Below are positions 13,501-18,646 of a DNA stretch of 64,000 nucleotides, piece by piece. Position 1 is the first letter of the stretch; the number at the start of each line of letters is the position of its first letter. A program made the position numbers and the translations under genes. Location: positions 9,786-73,785 of the IMG/VR virus record IMGVR_UViG_3300044259_000026. One strand, given 5' to 3'. Under the pieces are notes generated by a model. That model saw nothing but the letters and a program-made list of their open reading frames with translations. It was not told the DNA's origin and made no database searches. Source of the DNA: a virus (taxonomy: Duplodnaviria; Caudoviricetes).

Positions 13501-14864
13501 GCAGTCTGAACCCGGAGATCATGGCTCGCGTTCAGGGCGAGCAGCATTTGGGCGAGATGATTGGTAACTGGCGTGGTCGTCAGGTGGAAGAGGCCATGAG
13601 CCAATCCGTCAATGAACGCCTGATCGACAACCTGAAAGCTATGTACGACAAGGACTTGAAAGAGTCCAAGTCGAACCAAGCCCAGTATGTCAACGTGTTC
13701 GATACCAAGGATCCGGTAGTTCGGGATGCAGCTAAGCTGTTCAACCGAGAGACCCTGTCGTACTTGGAGTCTACCTTCGGTGAAGAGACTTTCTGGGTAC
13801 GCAAGGACATGCTGAACGATGCTCTGGGTTACCGCTCTGCAACCATTGGCGATGCTTGGACCGGCAACACTCGCTGGAGCCAGAAGACTCAGGACACTGT
13901 GAAGAATTTGGCCATCTCTGCTTTTGGCAACAAGGCTTTCCAGTACCTGTCTAACGCTGAGCGAATTGTCCAGAACGTGGTTTCCGATGCTCGGGTACTG
14001 ATCGTGGTCAAGTCTGTGGTGGTTCCGGTTACCAACCTGATCTCCAACGTGTATCAGTTGGCAGCTCGTGGTGTACCTCTGACCAGCATTGCTCGGACCA
14101 TGCCGAAGAAACTGGCTGAGATCGATGCCTATACCAAGTCGCGTGTTCGTCAGGTAGAGGCCGAGGCTGAGCTGCGTGCTTCGACTGACAACCCGATTGC
14201 CACCCGTAAGCTGACTGCCGAGATCCAATCGATCAAGGACAGCCACCGTCGCATGAGCATCTGGCCTCTGATCGAAGTTGGTGAATTCAGCTCGGTATCG
14301 GATGCTGGCGTGACTGCCCGTGAACTGTCGTTCACTGAGGGCCGACTGCACTCGTTCATCGAGCAACAGGTGGATAAGCTTCCGGGCGGTCTGCGTACCT
14401 TTGGTCGCTATGGTCTGATTACCCGTGACACTGCTCTGTTCCAAGGTCTGCAACGTGCTGTCGAGTACGGAGACTTCTTGGCCAAGGCCGTCTTGTTCGA
14501 GGATCTGACTGTTCGCCAGAAGCGTGACCAGAAGTACGCACTGACTCGGATCACTGAAGAGTTTGTGAACTATGACCGTCTCTCGGGCCGGTTCCGTGGA
14601 ACCATGGAAAACCTTGGTCTCCTCTGGTTCTACAACTTCAAGATCCGTTCGGTGAAGGTGGCTGCTTCGATGATCCGCAACAACCCGGTCCATGCACTGT
14701 TGGCTACCTTGGCTCCGGCACCTACTCTGTTTGGTTCCGTGGGTCTACCTACCAGTGACAACATGATCTCCAAGTTGTTGGACGGTTCGTTGGACAACTC
14801 GATGGGTATTGGGATGGGGCTGCGTGCTCCTGAACTCAACCCTTGGGGGGCCATGATTAACTAA
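4569..14864 (+). CDS. vRNAP: Virion-encapsidated RNA polymerase (N4 gp50 type), 3431 aa
   Basis: Size; T7-like motifs A (LEADGVTNG), B (RGIAKNPLTITIYGSG) and C (LKIFDG); no Cys seen; C-terminal HELIH motif. Confidence 0.97.
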   Translation: MATIDELLGKAAYPDQMIPEASADAGLPNPNPYVQQKSQQILQAAPVKQAQVAAAADQKRMAMGGLPTDYQMAVGRVFGNGAEHGSQLEQDIRNLSPVDLYAEYGAQAQDMIRDRAEAGTQVLNDFKTPAASAPEFAYDIASSLGGGFVNSLAGLTNLAVGAVSPEAGASLAQGITEANQWLRSTQSDELNTARRVQDAANFLDERDNRVAQAEESSAGESDFITGLKRIGRDAMDSVANAALAPALLADGTANATGSLLAAGPLTKGLAALGRAVVPAAATTSRVGAAVADKAPVLAAIGGMEAGGAYQQVVSDIMGRSHETLLQESPEYRRLIAEGVSQEDAKVQVANKTGLISAGITAPLAAATGTLVSRFEGDALAARGVRESLGNLGRETVEEGIQGATSQVAQNFAESQVANENKNLTEGVGRQLGEGALFGLGAAGVTQSPQLAGLAGRTTLGAASAVGSAAVAATGDALARRADAIAERNAAASPISDSAVVQATAETQATAPQAQPIVQDAIDSLDGTPEQKAQIQDYADRLFTASQFDAGEVRASMAPVVEGAANRVEAIQRLTDVVANAEEDSPEQLRAGLEMFELLEPYSRLIEADPELLNQIPADHQASQIIQQYGSLMDSIGSSPKVIKAIQTIQQALASRQAQPVTEQSIATPEGQEEVRDALTVAAVAPEKADLAQNEQILYQVSQGKLQVTPEQKAALDTSVALLRAAKAASDEAVRLGASDRSAQVTREIAVETGSKGKSALDHAKGIMSAWKAGNSDLARSRLFQMGQFVQHMQNKVGALNAHFASGNPASEAVKYQALSPTGEFVESASGLKVHPANARSVKFAQDVSIEAKLLSDVYNGLVSAFPDLQGQHIQGTQLDSALSKPAAEVAADVAKPKAAAPTPVTTTETVRQEQVQETPAVEQPTVQEEQAPAVQEEPAQPELKGIRAVFPNLLGAENNRFVQSFDLPTDQRTRTLGDENPLGSIVAALKDSAALTQYIGKSLAHNYTKDIAAAYQTYLTSAESIKSALEEGLQEYLNKPYSRSDKRTHRELILENGEVTQTNGRLLKGVDLQATVRGKALAITQVDGEQIQYNPELLEPAVLAGMQWMLTADQFGSVLDAKDIASITGLPVESVSKSMIEDLNQGMSVIEAKRTLAQKIKSYWGVGNNPNGFIGNQEGIPEAIAAEILRVFRDSDLLEEKSFYVSQEGLLIEYVKGETKPPKSARTIDRLIPVQLPKESPLKEFPSAIEQAVMIEPEGINYIGGAMPPVARTQLRQPLVENTPQQLEAIKNEQETPYFVNPNMAGFYSALGIDNILKLFAAGSFDPDSMNVNHAKSLDGQNRGTVAAFNHLMGVLAETGNVGQKAGTALDQTPIRYAFNMTRVARLQMLGKYNPQANKLVREAILPNRSTLDLSSQNSQDWTRFALGAGQLLGIKVHKMTQDMAKAKLQAMFDGGLSRTVEALRDWTRDFDVSNVIQPAAMLPDDLVNNLIEDFKAAGADLTPMGLHAVMEYARYLNSEDRSKFETTLYLEADGVTNGPINAMVLFTTGKFTPRWIKNIAKGGLFFNRPGATVNSNNVEVDNRDLYQATTDQLQVNLDMLRQRMAGNPQANEQLNHLFTLMDEFLGGDLTLDEEGNLTLQRGIAKNPLTITIYGSGAGGIAGKMVKAITDAVYERMSDIAINGGRLPTKAAAALNQLLSTEASVDSEGNVRFKPTQSDREDKYDPKTFTFTKGELKNMQSNMLHMFVNPMREAIEETVGQPLTGTAEMLRQATQVQSIVMEHAFKQQVEAELEKKRQDPNWREGDFLTQKEMASIYKKLEHLAPYVKTGTQTFFIAGSQSVDVGSTNFGHALNDQFRTPAFVHGPADAGVAGIPFMNIGAGDGQMMQNISVADGAPTGTLKIFDGMNMRLDQIESGSLVANKAVYDSWMGNPLKAVFESYDQFLRNADLSKFPKATQEQLSRALFGLDTSDASLDDIRTAMSNLVGSLNNAQQQIEARHRVMSKVSISVDQMAAASTPYVREGEIFLSGTNEESLADQLNTLYVKELAAIQTESRTQTEIGAEIEALATKHSTGVSLLSTADLGSLAQAVKLPVDQTQVLESINKSLAAEGYSIVYGTAEQIATYAMETGRTVPDAPGGDVRGYTTVGDKTIYLISPTAETLVHELIHAATFERVNAVYSDPSLARSQVGAAVVRTEALMDQFLNIELSQVNPTVMQAYNDATATIRNHLNAGNKAAALNEFMAWGLSNQSLVDLGKRTKASKLSQIAAGVVNFIKDLLGVKKAGSDLFSNLLFNSQIIMSTQLTTGQKSSASTLFQNENYGTDDRLSRISDAFDKTIARHLNNPLELGRVAPSTAVSEAIMSSFRIGQMVQAHGFQMNMQEASTFNNILTALATEAKIDPNSMSAAQRLYSHVVKNLSVEDFMTNPDDDAERYYAQEKFGSIVGNFGTETDSFGRSSLLPTFIALATVNQEFRSVLARMELPRGAKNEDGTLDAVLENFGNQLMDKLSDRMAGTAKTANVQEAIDALNAHIASQINARETFIDQVASKSGGVVDRMNDIVTEGVERLSQKLLETDAKVRKSGAGKVTRMISGFGAGLGAVVNEASGQIVSQGVMKAVNRLDGFKPLHDLINDLIGRTESNANIYDMIKGVRSMVQQTRQQFREHLPETIASKFSRELTKEEWASLHTSMGKTDLAVLRNGFNRKEIEGMLTSSTKLNAQVKKLEDELKSVDSANFNTLKAKANQLANYMLTGKPGNNLLRNATAVAQLFGETKSRNWAAKDSKFIGSLDQLITLYALQQMKNEDKEILSSLVSEESAGIDFALSYLVGQRVDEQLKVNNSATRYNHFKGYIPSKNVEGVSMLTAHQSDFPKLVAQSYVKVDGYTGSNLDRGARNIAYFYAPVAARAGFEQGIMQNVRQTASGVDATTGYSLAPTAGVITEEVAVANIAKALKNERSPDENLLPVYGADGKVVAFERSLNPEIMARVQGEQHLGEMIGNWRGRQVEEAMSQSVNERLIDNLKAMYDKDLKESKSNQAQYVNVFDTKDPVVRDAAKLFNRETLSYLESTFGEETFWVRKDMLNDALGYRSATIGDAWTGNTRWSQKTQDTVKNLAISAFGNKAFQYLSNAERIVQNVVSDARVLIVVKSVVVPVTNLISNVYQLAARGVPLTSIARTMPKKLAEIDAYTKSRVRQVEAEAELRASTDNPIATRKLTAEIQSIKDSHRRMSIWPLIEVGEFSSVSDAGVTARELSFTEGRLHSFIEQQVDKLPGGLRTFGRYGLITRDTALFQGLQRAVEYGDFLAKAVLFEDLTVRQKRDQKYALTRITEEFVNYDRLSGRFRGTMENLGLLWFYNFKIRSVKVAASMIRNNPVHALLATLAPAPTLFGSVGLPTSDNMISKLLDGSLDNSMGIGMGLRAPELNPWGAMIN

Positions 14865-14866
14865 GC

Positions 14867-14895
14867 TTGACAGGAAGAGTGGTCATAGATAATCT
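14867..14895 (+). promoter_or_regulatory. Sigma70-type promoter for tRNA cluster
   Basis: TTGACA (14867-72), 17-nt spacer, TAATCT (14890-95), 50 nt upstream of first tRNA. Confidence 0.65.
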
Positions 14896-14944
14896 GTGAC
14901 CTCTTTAGATCTGTAGGATCTGCCCAGCTTGGCGGCTGGGACTT

Positions 14945-15021
14945 AGAGGAATCGCCAAGTTGGTTAAGGCACTGGATTTTGATTCCAGCATTCGAAGGTT
15001 CGAATCCTTCTTCCTCTTCCA
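14945..15021 (+). tRNA. trnQ: tRNA-Gln(UUG)
   Basis: Acceptor AGAGGAA/TTCCTCT; anticodon arm CTGGA-TT-TTG-AT-TCCAG; GGTTCGAATCC T-loop; encoded CCA. Confidence 0.9.
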
Positions 15022-15027
15022 CTTTCT

Positions 15028-15102
15028 TGGTGAGTAGCAAAGCGGTAATGCACCGGACTGTTAATCCGGGGATCACAGGTTCGAATCCTGTCTCACCAGC
15101 CA
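15028..15102 (+). tRNA. trnN: tRNA-Asn(GUU)
   Basis: Acceptor TGGTGAG/CTCACCA; anticodon arm CCGGA-CT-GTT-AA-TCCGG; T-loop; CCA. Confidence 0.92.
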
Positions 15103-15106
15103 CTTT

Positions 15107-15183
15107 CAGGAATTAGCTCAGTTCGGTAGAGCGCGTCGTTTGGGACGATGAGGTCGTGGGTTCGATGCCTACATTCCTGACCA
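15107..15183 (+). tRNA. trnP: tRNA-Pro(UGG)
   Basis: Acceptor CAGGAAT/ATTCCTG; anticodon arm CGTCG-TT-TGG-GA-CGATG; CCA. Confidence 0.92.
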
Positions 15184-15188
15184 AAAAT

Positions 15189-15214
15189 AAAACCCCTCTA
15201 ATGAGGGGTTTTTT
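15189..15214. terminator. Bidirectional terminator between convergent late and middle units
   Basis: AAAACCCCTC-TAAT-GAGGGGTTTT flanked by A and T tracts. Confidence 0.85.
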
Positions 15215-15606
15215 CATTCCTGTTCTTCAAGGACCTTGACGGTTCTCTCAACCAGATAGCCGTACTTGATGAACAGCTTCTCGAACTCGGGTGGACGGCT
15301 GAAGCCTTTGTCCTTGTACGTCTGGTACATGTCCCAAGCTTTATCCACGATGCATTTCACAGTCGGACTGGAGAGCCAGTTGAGTACGCTGTATCGACCA
15401 CAGAATACGTATTCGAGATCGTGAGTGTCCCGGGCAATGTAGAGGTTCTCTTTACAGAAACCCGTCAGGGACATCGAGAACCTGTTGCCGAACAGCTTTG
15501 CGGCACCTGCGGGGTAGTTGTTGGTCAGCTCAATGGTTCCGGTGTAACCCTCATTGACCAGTTGCTCGCACAGCTCTATAACCCCGGCAGTGACTTTAAG
15601 ACTCAT
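15214..15606 (-). CDS. Hypothetical protein (130 aa)
   Basis: ORF with AGGAG RBS, bounded by terminators. Confidence 0.75.
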   Translation of the reverse strand: MSLKVTAGVIELCEQLVNEGYTGTIELTNNYPAGAAKLFGNRFSMSLTGFCKENLYIARDTHDLEYVFCGRYSVLNWLSSPTVKCIVDKAWDMYQTYKDKGFSRPPEFEKLFIKYGYLVERTVKVLEEQE

Positions 15607-15635
15607 TGAGTTGCTCCTAGATTAATGATCCCCAA

Positions 15636-15664
15636 TAAAAAAGCCCCCCTAGTGGAGGGCTTTC
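15636..15664 (-). terminator. Rho-independent terminator
   Basis: Minus strand GCCCTCC-ACTA-GGGGGGC then TTTTTT. Confidence 0.75.
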
Positions 15665-15667
15665 TGT

Positions 15668-15901
15668 TTAGTGTGGGAGGCTTAGGATTTGAGTGAAAGG
15701 CAACCAGCCTCCGGAGTCAGTTTGAACTGCCCAAGTCTGGATTTCCTTCCCACCGTGGTAACTGATCTCAGGTTGCTCGGTAAGTTTGAACTGCCCGATC
15801 TGGCAGGAGACAAAGTCCCCTACTTGGATCCGTTCCCCGCCTGCCTTAATGAAGACACTCTTCCCGTTGGAAATGTGTTCCTCGAAGTCATCATGGATCA
15901 T
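15668..15901 (-). CDS. Hypothetical protein (77 aa, MIHDDFEEH...)
   Basis: GAAGGAG RBS before ATG 15901. Confidence 0.7.
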   Translation of the reverse strand: MIHDDFEEHISNGKSVFIKAGGERIQVGDFVSCQIGQFKLTEQPEISYHGGKEIQTWAVQTDSGGWLPFTQILSLPH

Positions 15902-16061
15902 CGTTCCGCTCCTTCCCCACATCAAACAGCCACATGGCTCCCAACACCAATGCAACCACGACCGATACTGCTATCGCTGGGGCTGCCGCAATGATGGCAC
16001 TGGTGATTGCCGATACCAATGCCAACAGTCCGAACCCCAGTAACAGGATTCGGACAAGCAT
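15891..16061 (-). CDS. Small membrane protein (56 aa, MLVRILLLGFGLLALV...), not in ORF track
   Basis: Hand translation; start overlaps upstream stop (TGATG); two hydrophobic segments. Confidence 0.65.
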   Translation of the reverse strand: MLVRILLLGFGLLALVSAITSAIIAAAPAIAVSVVVALVLGAMWLFDVGKERNDDP

Positions 16062-16507
16062 CAGTTGTTGTTACGCTTCAGGCCGCTGAACAGGGAACCC
16101 TTCTTCGGAGCTTCCGGAGCCGGTTCGGCTTCAGCATCTTGGGTTTCTGGTTCGTCCGTGACAGGCACGTTTTCGGCTTCGTCTTCCGGCTCTGGGTCCG
16201 AGCTTACAGCCACGGAAGGTTCAGGGTCGGAGCTTTTCTCGACCTCCTGTGGAGGCTCGTCCTTGACGACTTCGGCCTTGGTCGCAGTGACCACACGCTT
16301 GGTCACCGGAGCAGGGACTTCTTTAGGAGCTTCGATGGTTTTGGCCTTGGTAGCCGGGAGGATGTCGATGATGGCGGTGGAACCATCAGCACCACGGGTA
16401 GCCTTCAGCTCGACGGTGATTTCGGTATCGCCGTTGATGGTCAGCAGGCTGTTGACGTAGTTCTTCAGGGCCAGCTCGATATCGTTTTGGGTCAGGATCA
16501 ATTGCAT
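16061..16507 (-). CDS. Conserved N4-type protein with acidic low-complexity tail (148 aa)
   Basis: Start MQLILTQNDIE after AAGGTG RBS; ends APKKGSLFSGLKRNNN; position after RuvC. Confidence 0.75.
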   Translation of the reverse strand: MQLILTQNDIELALKNYVNSLLTINGDTEITVELKATRGADGSTAIIDILPATKAKTIEAPKEVPAPVTKRVVTATKAEVVKDEPPQEVEKSSDPEPSVAVSSDPEPEDEAENVPVTDEPETQDAEAEPAPEAPKKGSLFSGLKRNNN

Positions 16508-16508
16508 G

Positions 16509-17066
16509 TTATTGCACCTTTTTGAAAAGGGTAATGAGTTGCTGGAACTCGGGTGTGAGTACCCCAGCATGGATTGCACCGATGGCATCAGCCCGGTGCT
16601 CGTTGTTGTCGGTGGGCTTGCCTCGGTGCCACGTCCACCCAGCATCTGGGTAGAGGTCCATGGCAGCTTCGATCATCTTGGCCTTGCTTGCGTTGGCATC
16701 GCCGGTCAGTGCCTTCTTGACAGCCTTGGCCTGCACCTCGATGACAATGATCCCACTGGCTCGCATTGCTCCGACAATGCCGTGGGCTACACCCACAGAC
16801 TTCATCGCATTAGCAGACTGCGAACCAACGGGACACTCTGAGAAGGTGACCTTTACCCGACCAGCCACATCGAAGGCATGTCGGGCAAGGTCCTCAGTTC
16901 TCCTCAGGTCATCCGAGTTGACACGGACTTGTTTGTCCTTGCCCTTCTCGGTTCTCTGAAGATCAGTCGTCACGTCAGTGAGGAATCCGGTATCAAGGCA
17001 CAGTTGGCCTACGGCAGTGCCCCAGTTAGTGAAACTGGGGTCCATGCCCGCTACCGGGATGATCAA
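16509..17066 (-). CDS. ruvC: Holliday junction resolvase, RuvC-like
   Basis: N-terminal GMDPSFTNWG, central SECP, C-terminal ADAIG; TTG start. Confidence 0.85.
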   Translation of the reverse strand: MIIPVAGMDPSFTNWGTAVGQLCLDTGFLTDVTTDLQRTEKGKDKQVRVNSDDLRRTEDLARHAFDVAGRVKVTFSECPVGSQSANAMKSVGVAHGIVGAMRASGIIVIEVQAKAVKKALTGDANASKAKMIEAAMDLYPDAGWTWHRGKPTDNNEHRADAIGAIHAGVLTPEFQQLITLFKKVQ

Positions 17067-17825
17067 TTACTTCTTGCCGAACAACGACTTCTTCGGAGCG
17101 GAGTCCGCTGCCGGGGCACTGCCCGACTTCTGAGGGATGCCGCCCTTGGCCGGGGCCTGACCGTCCTTGATTTCACGCTCGTCACGGACGGTGCCCTTGT
17201 TCTTGTCCTGCCACTTCTGGAAGAATTCGGCTTCTTCCTTACCAGCACGAGCTTCCGGCACGGACAGCTTGACCTCGGCGTGGAACACCTTGTCGATGTA
17301 GTTCGACTCACGGGTGTCCGAAGTGGCCTCGTATTCGCCGGTGGCCTCGTTCTTGACGTTCTTGTTTTCGATCTTTTTCATGATGCCTGCGAGGATCTCC
17401 TGACCCTGCACCTCGACGGCACACATGACCTTCTTCGGCAGCTCTTTCTTGGCGTCGAAGTCGTAGACGTTGACCACCTTCTCCTCGAACACCGTCTCGC
17501 TGAGCGGCTTCTCGGTGGTCAGCATGCAGATGTCGTCGATGGTGACGTAGCCCGGCAGTGGAACCTTCTTGGTCTTGTCCTGCTTGTTCAGGAAGAAGTT
17601 TTCACCCTTCTGGTTGGTGATGTAGATGGTTTCGCGGTACTCCTTACCGGTCTCCTTGATATCACCGATGATGGTGATGCTGTGAGCACCCTTCTGGGAT
17701 TGGCCAGCGAAGAACGCTTTGACCTTGATGGTGTACAGGTCGGAGTCGATGGCACCACCACCGCCACCCAGGCGGTCTTGAGTTTCTTCGAGGCCATCGG
17801 ATTTCAGGTTTGCGAACAGGCTCAT
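17067..17825 (-). CDS. ssb: Single-stranded DNA-binding protein / late transcription activator (N4 gp45 type)
   Basis: MSLFANLK start, KKSLFGKK C-terminus; synteny after AAA ATPase. Confidence 0.88.
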   Translation of the reverse strand: MSLFANLKSDGLEETQDRLGGGGGAIDSDLYTIKVKAFFAGQSQKGAHSITIIGDIKETGKEYRETIYITNQKGENFFLNKQDKTKKVPLPGYVTIDDICMLTTEKPLSETVFEEKVVNVYDFDAKKELPKKVMCAVEVQGQEILAGIMKKIENKNVKNEATGEYEATSDTRESNYIDKVFHAEVKLSVPEARAGKEEAEFFQKWQDKNKGTVRDEREIKDGQAPAKGGIPQKSGSAPAADSAPKKSLFGKK

Positions 17826-17879
17826 ATGTCTTTTCTCTCTTTGCTAAGTCTTTGAATTGCTTTGGGTTCTTTGAAGTTT

Positions 17880-18638
17880 TTAGCCTTCGTAGAACTCGTT
17901 CAGGTGATCGAGCAGCTTCTGGGCGTCGTTGTCCATGTAGGTCTCGGCCCGCTCGAACATGCCCATGGGGGAACGAATTCGTTCGCCAGTGGTGCCTTTG
18001 GTGATCCGGGTCTGGAATACGTGCTTGTAGCCAAGCTCGCGTTCCTCGTCGGTGATCTCCAGCAGGCTGCTGCCATACTTCTCCAGCTCCTTGATAGGAA
18101 CCTTCTTTGCTGCCACCACGGTCGTGAAGTATGCCTCCACGCCGTTGTTCTTGAGAGCACCTTTGATCGGGACACAGGTCTTGATCTCTTGGTTCTTCTC
18201 GTCCAGCTCATCCTTGACGTGAGCAATGATGATGACCGGTTTGCCGAATTGGGCGACCTTTTCCTGCATGACTTGCTTGAAGAACTGTTGGTAGTTCTGC
18301 CAGCCTGCCATGGTGTTAGCCGAACCCAGAACATACTGGGATTCGAACATGTCCATAAGGAAGGTCATCGAGTCGATGATGATCCCGTCAACATCGTCCT
18401 TGTTGGCGATGCACTCGTCGAAGTACTGGATGACTTCGTAGGGATCGGTCACGGTGACCCGGTTGAACTTGTTGCGGAACGGCAGTCGCTTGCCTGCTTC
18501 GGTGCCCAAGTAAACCCAGCGTTCTTGGTTCCGGATGTTGCGCAGTGATGCGGATTTGCCCTGAGTGGAGTAGCCCACAATCAGCACAAGCTGATCGAGG
18601 CTACCTTCCAGATCAGAGACGTCGATGTCGTCAGACAT
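17880..18638 (-). CDS. AAA-family ATPase (N4 gp44 type, Sak4-like)
   Basis: Walker A GYSTQGKS; Walker B IIIDS. Confidence 0.85.
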   Translation of the reverse strand: MSDDIDVSDLEGSLDQLVLIVGYSTQGKSASLRNIRNQERWVYLGTEAGKRLPFRNKFNRVTVTDPYEVIQYFDECIANKDDVDGIIIDSMTFLMDMFESQYVLGSANTMAGWQNYQQFFKQVMQEKVAQFGKPVIIIAHVKDELDEKNQEIKTCVPIKGALKNNGVEAYFTTVVAAKKVPIKELEKYGSSLLEITDEERELGYKHVFQTRITKGTTGERIRSPMGMFERAETYMDNDAQKLLDHLNEFYEG

Positions 18639-18646
18639 GATTTCTC

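Noticed and set aside
6729-14693. 2654-aa antisense ORF (also 707 aa at 4551-6674 and 597 aa at 2519-4312)
   Set aside because: The 2654-aa ORF is in codon register with vRNAP and ends at a sense CTA (6729). Avoidance of TTA/CTA/TCA codons removes antisense stops. No RBS or protein-like motifs. The two shorter ORFs are taken to be the same shadow effect.
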